From Cyanophyceae cyanobacterium (GTDB lineage: Bacteria; Cyanobacteriota; Cyanobacteriia; Cyanobacteriales; JBHJGN01), in the NCBI GenBank assembly GCA_050331735.1, contig JBHJGN010000098.1:1-33431 (forward strand): a stretch of DNA of 33,431 bases. The letters are read 5' to 3'. Positions 8,520-17,579 of the stretch are shown here, piece after piece. The notes beneath the pieces are model-generated. The model searched no databases. It was not told where the DNA came from and saw only the letters and a program-made list of their open reading frames with translations. Made by a program: the position numbers and the translations under genes. Position 1 is the stretch's first letter; the number at the start of each line of letters is the position of its first letter.

Positions 8520-10370
8520 ATGACTACTCTAGCCACCCCCTTATCTTCACCCCCTCTAGATGTTCCCGCCCCTCTCGGCACAGTGGTGGCGGAGTATCGG
8601 ATTGACGCTGCTAGCGCGATCGCCTATCGAGTTCAAGCCGGACAGTACATTCAGATTATCGATGTAGAAGGCGCTCAGTGTTCAGATTTCTTGGCCTTTG
8701 CTGGAGACGACTACAGTGAAGAACTCGACGGCACCGTTACCCGTACGCTCAACGCCCTCGCCATGCCCCAGGCAGGACTACACGGCAAGTACTTTTCCCA
8801 AAATATGCAGCCCCTGGTCGAGGTGATCCAGGATACCTGCGGACGGCACGATAGCTTTCTGCTGGCCTGTACCGACAAGTATTATGAAGAGGCTGGCTAT
8901 CCGGGGCATGGGAGCTGTAGCCAGAACTTTAACCTGGCCCTGCAACCCTATGGATTAGCTCCGCGTCCCGGTTGGGCAGCAGTCAACTTCTTTTTTAACA
9001 CCAGCATTGACTGTCATGGCGAAATTGTGTCTGAACAATCCTGGTCGCGTCCGGGGGACTATGTGCTGCTTGAGGCCAAGCAAGACCTCCTCTGCGCCAG
9101 TTCTGCCTGCCCAGACGATATTGACCCAGCTAACGGCTGGAACCCGACACCAATTCATGTCCGCATCTACGACGCTGGGGAGCATTTTGCCAAAGCCATT
9201 GGCAGAAGAGCCGCCCCCGATGCCCCAGTTCGTCTTACTCAGCCCAGCGGCTTTACCCGTTCGATTCGGGAACTCACCGATGATTTAGTTGAATACAATG
9301 GCTTCTGGGTTCCCAACCGCTTTGCCAACCACGGGGACCACGATGAGTATTGGGCGCTGCGAGAACAAGCCGTCCTCCTCGATCTCTCCGCCCTGCGTAA
9401 ATTTGAAGTAACCGGAGAAGACGCGCTCGCGCTGCTCCAGCGAGCGTTCTCGCGGGATGTCGCTAAACTGGCCGTCGGACAGTCTACCTACGGCTGTTTG
9501 TTAAACCATCACGGCGGCATCATCGACGACGGCATTGTTTTTCGTCTGGGAGAATCTGCCTATCGCTATGTAGGCAACTGCGATACAGATCGAGATTGGC
9601 TAGAAAAGGTAGCCAGACAAGACAACTTACAGGTAGCGGTGCAGCCTGCGAGCCATCGGCTCCACAACCTGGCTATTCAAGGACCGCTAGCTCGCAAGAT
9701 TCTGCGCTCGCTCACTCAGCTTGACCCTCAGTGGCAGCTCAACCTAGAGGAACTGCGCTACTTTCGCTTTGCGACAGGCTGCGTCGCCGAGATTCCAGTC
9801 CTGATCTCGCGCACGGGCTACACCGGCGAACTGGGCTACGAACTGTTTGTCCATCCTGACGATGGGGCAGCCCTGTGGCAGCGATTGCTGGCCGCCGGAA
9901 AACCGTTGGGACTGATGCCGATGGGGATGCTGGCCCTCGACCGCGCCCGCATTGAAGCCGGTTTACTCAGTGCTGGCTACGAGTTCGACGATTTAACCTC
10001 TCCCTATCAGGCGGGGATTGGCTGGACGGTGGCCCTGAAAAAGCCGGACTTCATCGGTAAAGCCGCCCTCGAAAAAATTAAGGCCCATCCTCCTAAAGTT
10101 GCCGTTGGCTTAGTGCTAGACGGCAATCGCGTGGCGAGTCACGGGCAGTGCGTCTACGCCCTCGGCGAACGCTGGCGCGCCGGCACGATTACGAGCGGCA
10201 CGTTTTCTCCCCTGCTCAACCGCAGTATTGCCCTGGCACAAGTAGTCCCAGAGTACGCCGAACCAGGAACGACGCTAGAGGTTGGGTTTTTAGATGGACA
10301 AATCCGCCATCAGGCTGTGGTTGGTCCCCTCGCGGCTTACGATCCTAGTAAAAGTAAGGTGAGAAGTTGA
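8520..10370 (+). CDS. DUF1989 + GcvT aminomethyltransferase fusion (TMAO demethylase Tdm-like)
   Basis: N-terminal DUF1989 (IIDVEGAQCSDF, DTCGRHD...AC...HGSC...SSACPDDIDPANGWNPT); C-terminal GcvT (DLSALRKFEV, SRTGYTGELGYE, ARIEAGL). Confidence 0.85.
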   Translation: MTTLATPLSSPPLDVPAPLGTVVAEYRIDAASAIAYRVQAGQYIQIIDVEGAQCSDFLAFAGDDYSEELDGTVTRTLNALAMPQAGLHGKYFSQNMQPLVEVIQDTCGRHDSFLLACTDKYYEEAGYPGHGSCSQNFNLALQPYGLAPRPGWAAVNFFFNTSIDCHGEIVSEQSWSRPGDYVLLEAKQDLLCASSACPDDIDPANGWNPTPIHVRIYDAGEHFAKAIGRRAAPDAPVRLTQPSGFTRSIRELTDDLVEYNGFWVPNRFANHGDHDEYWALREQAVLLDLSALRKFEVTGEDALALLQRAFSRDVAKLAVGQSTYGCLLNHHGGIIDDGIVFRLGESAYRYVGNCDTDRDWLEKVARQDNLQVAVQPASHRLHNLAIQGPLARKILRSLTQLDPQWQLNLEELRYFRFATGCVAEIPVLISRTGYTGELGYELFVHPDDGAALWQRLLAAGKPLGLMPMGMLALDRARIEAGLLSAGYEFDDLTSPYQAGIGWTVALKKPDFIGKAALEKIKAHPPKVAVGLVLDGNRVASHGQCVYALGERWRAGTITSGTFSPLLNRSIALAQVVPEYAEPGTTLEVGFLDGQIRHQAVVGPLAAYDPSKSKVRS

Positions 10371-10382
10371 AGGAAAGATGCC

Positions 10383-10976
10383 GTGGAAAAAAACTCTCCA
10401 GGAAAAGATCGTCAATCATCCCCCTTTTCCCCTTCCCCTTTCCCCTTGCCCCCGCCTTCTGCTCAATCATCAGCATTCATCGACCTCAAAAACTATCACC
10501 TGTGGGACTTTGCCGGAGTTGATGGCTTGCAGTTGGCTAAAAAGTTGGTTGGTGATCGCGCTGTTCGGATCGCTCCCTTTCAGTCCTGCGAGGCTCAGCT
10601 TCTAAACTTCCCTTGTTCTGTGTTGCGGCTGTGTGAAGGAAATTTTCGCATCGGAATTCAGGGTCAAGTCGCAGAAATTGAAACTATTTTGCAGAAACAT
10701 CAAGCTGGTTTAAAAGTGTGGCTCAAACCTTGTCGAGCTATGCAGGCGATCACGCTCACCGAGACTCTGGGTCTCAAAATCTTGCCTCAGCTTATGACCG
10801 CAAAACCGCCTTACCGTTTAAAAGGGTTGCAAAATAATTGTGCTGTTCCAGCTCGTCTTGATGGCATGGCTGTTTTATGCTGGAGACATGCCATTGCGGG
10901 AGCGGCAGTCGTTGAACTTCACGTTGGGGCCAAAGATATCGCGCTTCAGTCTACTCTGAAGCGCTACTGTTGCTGA
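10383..10976 (+). CDS. Sarcosine oxidase gamma-subunit-like / folate-binding-fold protein
   Basis: Directly follows the GcvT fusion; SVLRLCEGNFRI and QNNCAVPARLDGMAVLCWR resemble SoxG-like segments. N-terminus includes a translated TCCCCTT-type repeat; start uncertain. Confidence 0.5.
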   Translation: MEKNSPGKDRQSSPFSPSPFPLPPPSAQSSAFIDLKNYHLWDFAGVDGLQLAKKLVGDRAVRIAPFQSCEAQLLNFPCSVLRLCEGNFRIGIQGQVAEIETILQKHQAGLKVWLKPCRAMQAITLTETLGLKILPQLMTAKPPYRLKGLQNNCAVPARLDGMAVLCWRHAIAGAAVVELHVGAKDIALQSTLKRYCC

Positions 10977-11093
10977 TATGCTGATAGTCGATGAAAAACC
11001 ATTGGTGGCGGTTTATTAGCTATTTCAGTCGAGAGGCCAACTTCTGACTCCTGATGGCTGTTAGATATACTTTTGTTGCGCTACCTTAGCCTC

Positions 11094-11135
11094 GTATCTC
11101 TGTATACAGTCCTCTTGCTTCTCCGCGTATACAGT
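11094..11135 (+). promoter_or_regulatory. NtcA-activated promoter
   Basis: GTA-TCTCTGTA-TAC (11094-11107), 22 nt, then -10 TACAGT (11130-11135): canonical GTA-N8-TAC-N22-TAN3T. Confidence 0.8.
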
Positions 11136-11178
11136 ATTCAAATGACCTCGACTAAGGTTTAAAGACTGACCAAACTGC

Positions 11179-11847
11179 ATGAATTACACATTTGATTTTT
11201 CAGTCATCTGGGAAAATCTAGACGTATTAGCAGCCGGGGCTTGGCTAACCTTAAAAATGTCCCTGCTGGCGATCGCCTTTGGTCTGATCCTGGGCATCAT
11301 CGGCTCGTTACTAAGAACCTCCGCCAATCGTCTGTTGAACTGGATTGCTTTAGCGTATGTAGAAGTGATTCGCAATACGCCTTATCTCATTCAGCTCTTT
11401 TTTATCTTTTTTGGACTTCCTAATTTAGGAATTAGATTAACGGCAGAACAGGCAGCGATTCTCTCTTTAGCGATTAACTTTGGCGCTTATTCCACTGAAA
11501 TTGTGCGCTCGGGTGTAGAAAGCATTGCTCAAGGGCAAATTGAAGCGGGGTTAGCCATTGGCTTCAAAAGACTAGCCGTGTTCCGCTATGTTGTGATTCC
11601 TCCAGCCTTAGCCAACATCTATCCAGCCTTGATTGGTCAGGTGGTTCTTGCCGTTTTGTTTACCAGCGTCGTCTCTCAAATTGCAGCGGAAGATTTAACC
11701 TACGCTGGCAATTACTTAAATTCTCGGACTTTTCGCAGCTTTGAAATTTATTTCACCATCGCGCTGCTTTACCTAGGAATTGTCTGGCTAATCAAAGTTC
11801 TCGCCTTTCTAATTGAAGAGCGCGTATTTGAGTTTAAAAAGTATTAA
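11179..11847 (+). CDS. Amino-acid ABC transporter permease
   Basis: IRNTPYLIQL; AYSTEIVRSGVESIAQGQIEAG (EAA loop). Confidence 0.93.
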   Translation: MNYTFDFSVIWENLDVLAAGAWLTLKMSLLAIAFGLILGIIGSLLRTSANRLLNWIALAYVEVIRNTPYLIQLFFIFFGLPNLGIRLTAEQAAILSLAINFGAYSTEIVRSGVESIAQGQIEAGLAIGFKRLAVFRYVVIPPALANIYPALIGQVVLAVLFTSVVSQIAAEDLTYAGNYLNSRTFRSFEIYFTIALLYLGIVWLIKVLAFLIEERVFEFKKY

Positions 11848-11859
11848 TTAAGAGCCAAA

Positions 11860-12507
11860 ATGGAAGGATTTACCCTCTCGCGGATTCTCATTAACCTGCT
11901 CATTGCCACTCAATGGACGATTATTTTATCGCTAATTGCTTTCGTTGGTGGGGGAATTGTCGGTTTTTTGGTTACCCTAATGCGCATTTCCTCCAACCGA
12001 TGGATTAAGGGGATTAGTCGCATTTACGTTGAGTTTTTTCAGGGAACGCCTCTATTACTCCAGCTATTTCTGGCCTTTTTTGGGATATCTGTCGTGATTG
12101 GGGTGAATCTCTCCCCTCTGCAAGCGGCAACGCTGGCGCTAACGGCCTATACCAGCGCTTTCCTCGGTGAAATTTGGCGCGGAGCCATTGAAGCGGTTCC
12201 GAAAGGACAATGGGAAGCGGGTTCAGCGATTGGGTTTGGCTACTTCAAACAGCTACAGCTCATTATCTTGCCTCAGGCGATCAAGTTAGCGATCGCCCCC
12301 ACGGTTGGCTTTTTGGTTCAGGTTATTAAGGGAACTTCTCTAGCCTCGATTATTGGGTTTACTGAACTGTCCCGCGCTGCTGCCCTGATCAACAACGTGA
12401 CTCTGGATTCCCTCTTAATTTTTGGGCTAGCGGGCTTAATTTACTTTGTTTTATGCTATCCCCTTTCCACCTGGAGCCAGCAGTTAGAAAAGAAATTTAC
12501 CTACTAA
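11860..12507 (+). CDS. Amino-acid ABC transporter permease
   Basis: FQGTPLLLQL; EIWRGAIEAVPKGQWEAG; IKGTSLASII. Confidence 0.93.
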   Translation: MEGFTLSRILINLLIATQWTIILSLIAFVGGGIVGFLVTLMRISSNRWIKGISRIYVEFFQGTPLLLQLFLAFFGISVVIGVNLSPLQAATLALTAYTSAFLGEIWRGAIEAVPKGQWEAGSAIGFGYFKQLQLIILPQAIKLAIAPTVGFLVQVIKGTSLASIIGFTELSRAAALINNVTLDSLLIFGLAGLIYFVLCYPLSTWSQQLEKKFTY

Positions 12508-13407
12508 ATGATCATGGTTGCAATCTGTAGAGCATTTTCTCAGGGAAAACGGCTATTAGCCTTATTCTTCGCCAGTTTTTTCCTATCGGTTAGTATTGCT
12601 TCTTGCACGGGGGGATCGAGTTCAGTTACCCAGGAAAATGTGGAAGCAGAAAACGTGGCGACGCTGGCCTCAGTGGGGACAACTCTCACTGAAATTAAAC
12701 AAGCCGGGAAAGTGGCGATCGCCGTTCCCAATGATTTTCCGCCCTTTGGTTTCGTCGATTCCTATTTGAACCCGATTGGCTACGACATTGATATGGCTGA
12801 AGAGGTCGCCAAGGGACTTGGCGTTGAACTAGAGCTTAAGCCAGTTGTTGGCAACTACCGCATTCCTTTTCTACAGACCGACCGCGTGGATCTGATTATT
12901 TCTAGCTTAGGTAAGAACGAAGAACGGGATCTGATTATCGACTTTTCCCAGGCTTACGCTCCTTTCTTTTCCGGGATCTATGGAGAACCGGGAATTGAAA
13001 TTGCCTCGATGGAGGATTTAAAAGGACACACCGTTGGCGTCGCGCAAGGCTCTTTAGAAGACTTAGAAGTTTCTAAGCTGCCCCAAGGTAGCGTAGATAT
13101 CAAACGCTTTGCCAACAATAGCCTGACGGCTGCTGCCCTGGTATCGGGTCAGGTGGAGTTGATTGCGACGGCGAACGTGGTCGCTGCCAAACTGATCAAA
13201 GATAATCCCGGCAAAGAAATTGCCAGAAAATTCATTATGAAAAACTCTCCCTGCTACGTTGGCGTTCGAGAGGGAGATGCAGCCTTGCTAGCACAGGTCA
13301 ACACCATTATTGCCGACCTCAAGCAGTCGGGGAGATTAAATGAGCTGTGTCTAGAGTGGTTTGGCGAACCGTTGCCGTCGGATATTGGCTCGGCATCAGC
13401 AACGTAA
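12508..13407 (+). CDS. Amino-acid ABC transporter substrate-binding lipoprotein
   Basis: Lipobox-like IASC; DFPPFGF, GYDIDMA, RIPFLQTDRVDLII. Confidence 0.92.
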   Translation: MIMVAICRAFSQGKRLLALFFASFFLSVSIASCTGGSSSVTQENVEAENVATLASVGTTLTEIKQAGKVAIAVPNDFPPFGFVDSYLNPIGYDIDMAEEVAKGLGVELELKPVVGNYRIPFLQTDRVDLIISSLGKNEERDLIIDFSQAYAPFFSGIYGEPGIEIASMEDLKGHTVGVAQGSLEDLEVSKLPQGSVDIKRFANNSLTAAALVSGQVELIATANVVAAKLIKDNPGKEIARKFIMKNSPCYVGVREGDAALLAQVNTIIADLKQSGRLNELCLEWFGEPLPSDIGSASAT

Positions 13408-13428
13408 CCGACATCGCTCAGTTATTTA

Positions 13429-14232
13429 ATGAGGAATACTATCCTAATGACTAACTTCCAGCCCAAAACCAGTCAAACAAACACCGCAACGCAGAGTCAA
13501 CCGACGATCGTGGCTCAAGATGTGGAGAAATGGTTTGGCAAAGATTTTCACGTCCTCAAAGGCATCAGCCTCACGGTCAATCAAGGGGAAGTCGTTGTGT
13601 TGATGGGACCGTCTGGTTCGGGAAAATCCACCTTTATTCGCACGTTTAATGGCTTAGAACCCTACCAAAAAGGCCGCATTGAAATCGACGGAACTAAAAT
13701 TTCTCACGACAGCAAAGGCATTGAAAAGGTGCGTCGAGAAGTGGGCATGGTGTTTCAGCAATTCAACCTGTTTCCCCATCTCACCGTTTTAAAAAATGTT
13801 ACCCTCGGACCAACTCACCTGCGCGGAATATCTCAGTCAGCAGCGAAGGCCCAGGCGATGGAGTTGCTGGAAAGAGTTGGCATTGCCCGCCAAGCCAAAA
13901 AGTATCCCGGTCAGCTATCTGGTGGTCAGCAGCAGCGAGTGGCGATCGCCCGCGCCCTCGCCATGCAGCCGAAAGTGATGCTGTTTGACGAACCGACCTC
14001 CTCCCTCGACCCCGAGATGGTGCGGGAAGTTCTAGACGTGATGCGAGGACTGGCCCAGGAGGGCATGACGATGGTTTGCGTAACCCATGAAGTGGGCTTC
14101 GCCCGCGAGGTTGCCGACCGGATCATCTTTCTAGCCGATGGCAGACTGGTTGAGGATACCACCCCAGACCGGTTTTTCAATAATCCTAGTCACGAACGAA
14201 CTCAGCAGTTTCTGGAGCAGATTTTGCATTAA
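13429..14232 (+). CDS. Amino-acid ABC transporter ATP-binding protein
   Basis: [29 protein letters not shown]. Confidence 0.95.
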   Translation: MRNTILMTNFQPKTSQTNTATQSQPTIVAQDVEKWFGKDFHVLKGISLTVNQGEVVVLMGPSGSGKSTFIRTFNGLEPYQKGRIEIDGTKISHDSKGIEKVRREVGMVFQQFNLFPHLTVLKNVTLGPTHLRGISQSAAKAQAMELLERVGIARQAKKYPGQLSGGQQQRVAIARALAMQPKVMLFDEPTSSLDPEMVREVLDVMRGLAQEGMTMVCVTHEVGFAREVADRIIFLADGRLVEDTTPDRFFNNPSHERTQQFLEQILH

Positions 14233-14324
14233 GTAGCCGAGTAGTCTCAACCTAACTTCTGTGTTTGTAGAGATGGATCGAGTTAGTCCGCTAGTGCAAA
14301 CGGGCGTTAATGCCGAGAATCTTA

Positions 14325-14528
14325 CTACAGTCCAGGATAATAGGCATGACCTAAGCTTTCACTCAGTTTGATGAGCTTTTGAGCATTCCAGCCTTGGCTG
14401 CATCCGTGAAGATTGTGAGTTCTGTTCAGACCCGGGCAGTAACCATGACCCAAGCTTTCACTTAAGCCGATGAGCTGTTCGGTTGTCCAGGCTTGAGAAT
14501 TTCGTGTTAAATTTTTTGCTGTTTTCAT
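14325..14528 (-). CDS. Small protein with two internal 24-aa repeats
   Basis: SQAWTTEQLIGLSESLGHGYCPGL and SQGWNAQKLIKLSESLGHAYYPGL; the DNA copies differ at many synonymous sites. Confidence 0.75.
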   Translation of the reverse strand: MKTAKNLTRNSQAWTTEQLIGLSESLGHGYCPGLNRTHNLHGCSQGWNAQKLIKLSESLGHAYYPGL

Positions 14529-14829
14529 TTTCTTTTCTGTTTTTGTAGCGAAATATACTGCTTATTTATCTATATGCTATCTAGATTTCGTAACGAATGC
14601 AACGAAAAGTAACCGAATCTTGATAGAGCCGGAAAAACCTTCTGGAGTCGATCTGGAATGCCGAGAACAGATGAGAAAAAACGGCAATTACCACCGAGAG
14701 GCACAAACATTGAGGAATATGCCCATTCTGCCCGCGAGAATTTTCTCCTACCTAGTAAAAAGAAAGCATGCTTAATTTTGCCTTTTTCCCCAAGCCATCG
14801 ATCTGGGTAGCAGCTAAATTAGGACAGTA

Positions 14830-15714
14830 CTAACCGTTTGATTGAATATTGAGCGACCAATCGTAGTCAAGATATTTCACTCGATAATTGCCTTCACGGA
14901 GATACTCCGCGTCTTCAGCGCTGACATAATTACTAATGAAATTGAGAACGGCTCTTTGCTTTTCATTCCCCGTAAAGCCCTCATCGGTGCCATAGTCAGG
15001 GATCCAGTCTTGACCGTACCAGTCGAAGATGGCAGAAATGGAGACGGTATTGTTTTGGCGGTCTATCTTTAAGCCACTTTGAGGGTTAGATAACCAGGCG
15101 GTTACCTGGTCGTCTAGCTGAGTATCTAAGCGATCTCCGCGGTAGGGTTCGTTCCGCAACGGGGGACAGCTAATGGCCGCACATACCAAAGCCGCATGAA
15201 GACGCGGCTCATTATAATCTTGTCTAAGCGTACCGTGTTCGATGCCGTCAAGGGATTTGTTTTGACCGACAACCAGGTATTGCGCTTTCTTCCACACTTG
15301 CGGAATATCGCGGATGCTGTCTTTGAGTGGGTCTTGGTTAATGATGGCAGCCAGAGTATAAGAGTTGTAAGCATTCATCAGAAACGCGATCTGTTCCTCT
15401 TCACTCCAGTTAAGAAAGGTTTCGGGAGCAACCTCCCCCAAACTGCGATTAAATTTATCTAAAGGTTGACGATTGGCCTGTAATTCTTGGTAGGCTACCA
15501 GTCCCTGATCGTTAACGTATTGACTTAACAGAGACGCATAGCTATCGTAGCTAACAGCTTGGCTAGGACGAACAGCCGTCGCCGCTTCCGATTCATTCGG
15601 TTCAATTTCGCTTAGGAGAGATTCAGGCTGAGAGCAGCCTGTGAGAATGGCGATCGCCGATAGGAAAAACAGCGATCGCTTAAGCCAGGAGAACATCATC
15701 GTGCTAATTTTCAA
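14830..15714 (-). CDS. DUF547-domain lipoprotein
   Basis: Lipobox LTGC; AFLMNAYN, LDGIEHGTLR, EPRLHAALVCAAISCPPLR, IFDWY, YDWSLN. True start may be the ATG ~15699. Confidence 0.9.
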   Translation of the reverse strand: MKISTMMFSWLKRSLFFLSAIAILTGCSQPESLLSEIEPNESEAATAVRPSQAVSYDSYASLLSQYVNDQGLVAYQELQANRQPLDKFNRSLGEVAPETFLNWSEEEQIAFLMNAYNSYTLAAIINQDPLKDSIRDIPQVWKKAQYLVVGQNKSLDGIEHGTLRQDYNEPRLHAALVCAAISCPPLRNEPYRGDRLDTQLDDQVTAWLSNPQSGLKIDRQNNTVSISAIFDWYGQDWIPDYGTDEGFTGNEKQRAVLNFISNYVSAEDAEYLREGNYRVKYLDYDWSLNIQSNG

Positions 15715-15801
15715 ACCAACGGTGACAGTAGCCAGTTTGGTTGGTAATGATTAAGCTGACATGAGACAGCGTTGAAAATAAACTTTAAAGTTTATTTCTG
15801 G

Positions 15802-16044
15802 TTAAGGAGTTCTTGTCGGTACGCGCCTGCTGGCTGATGACTGGAATGGTGGCTCTCCCCAAACCATGTGTGAATAGGAAACGCCGCGATACTTGAGGGA
15901 GGCGATCGCTTCTGGAACGAGGGCAGATTTTGGTGAGCGTCTTTGCCAAGGAACGCCTCGATACATCCCAGAAACAGTAGGGACAGAAATCCCTAAGTTT
16001 TGACTAGGGCGCTGGTAGCGAACGCCGCGATAAGCAAGCTGCAT
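15802..16044 (-). CDS. DUF4278-domain small protein
   Basis: Three YRGV motifs (MQLAYRGVRY, GMYRGVPW, LKYRGVSY). Confidence 0.88.
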   Translation of the reverse strand: MQLAYRGVRYQRPSQNLGISVPTVSGMYRGVPWQRRSPKSALVPEAIASLKYRGVSYSHMVWGEPPFQSSASRRVPTRTP

Positions 16045-16568
16045 TATTTTCTTCTCCCAATACAGAGTTAATGATTTCCGTGTTTAACTCTAGGTATCGG
16101 GTCTCTTTTTTATGCAAACAGGCAGGTTTCTATGACAATCTTCAAAACCATCGGGTTCCTCACTGGGTCACCATATTGCTGAATCACCTACGATGGCGGG
16201 GAAGATTTGAATCATACATGGTAACTGAAAAGACGAGCTAAATATGTCAGCTCTAGCGACTGAGAATCACGTTCTTATCTCCAGGGCATAACAGTTATGC
16301 AAAAACAGGGGGGTTCTGTTCAGGTTGCGATCGCTTCTGCTTTCAGCAAGCTCAAAACGTAACACGAGCACTTGTATAGATTGTCTTGATTGGTTATCAG
16401 ATCGTTTTATCTTTAATAACTACATTGGATAGCAGGTTGTTAGTTTGAGAGTCTCTGAACTAGACTCAACGTTCCAGCTACTCCGCAGGATTGCACGTCT
16501 ATTTTGCTATTCGAGCGTGAAATCAAAAGTACAATGCTGACATCAGCAAAAACAGTCTTCCTTCTATC

Positions 16569-17095
16569 TCATAGCTGCTGATGATTCTCAGATTGGACAT
16601 ATTCTAAAATTGCATAAATATTATTGTTTAAAGGAGAAACGGCATCGAGTGTGAGGTAAGCACCCTCTTGAGGCTGTCATGCTTCATAAGCAGCACGCAT
16701 TCTTTCTACATGGCTCCAATCTATTTCTGGTCTCCCCGGAATCTTGCGGTTGCGCCTCTCTACTCGTTGGCGATGCAGCGTAATATCTGAACAGATTGTC
16801 TTAATTCCGTAAAAAGATGCACCGTGAGAACGGGCTAACTCTTGCCAGTGTTGACGCGCTAAAACCGTATGTGCTGGAGTATCTATAATGACAGATTGTT
16901 CAAGCCACAATTGCCGCTGTACAAGCATAGTTAGCAACGCCTCTGCGGCAACCAAGAAATTATTTTGATTAGGAACGCGAAACTGGACCAAGGTTCCTAG
17001 CATCCAATCGAGGGCAAAGACTGGCGTATGCAAGAGCTGCCCTACTGCTTCTGATAAAGTACTTTTGCCAGTACTTAGAATAAGAGAAGAATAGC
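16569..17095 (-). pseudogene. AAA_33-type P-loop kinase pseudogene
   Basis: In-frame LILSTGKSTLSEAVG upstream of the ORF (Walker A missing its first residues); SVIID, IKTICSD..LHRQRVERR; internal TGA at 16677-16679 followed by in-frame QPQEGAYLTLDAVSPL. Confidence 0.75.
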
Positions 17096-17579
17096 ATTGG
17101 AATCGAAGACGGTAGTGGAGCTATCGACAATGAGAAGATTTGAAGTACCGGTTCCCGGGGCTACTAGAGGCGGTGTTGAACAATTGCTCCACGAAACAAA
17201 AGCTGCCCTGCCCATAACTTACAAGCGGCTCGGAACATCTTCAAACTTTACGGTAGTGTCAAAAAGGGAATAAGGCATTATGGTAGTGTATGAAGATCCA
17301 CGGCCAGCCAAGGTGGTTGCGGATACTCTTCGAGAACGCCAAACGGTTCCTGAAAAACCGCGAGACATGCTGCCGCGAGGTGCAGTTGAACCGTTCGAGG
17401 TAACTTTTCCCACTGTTTTTGCTAGCTTTCAATCGTCAGTGTAGATGATTGCACACGCTGCTTGCCGGTATGAATACGACCAGTGTTGACAGTTTGTTTG
17501 GAGGGGCCTTCCGGGCAGCTAGGCATTGTTACGCAGCGTCTCTACCAGTTTACCCAAACTAGTCATGACCTCTGGAGCT

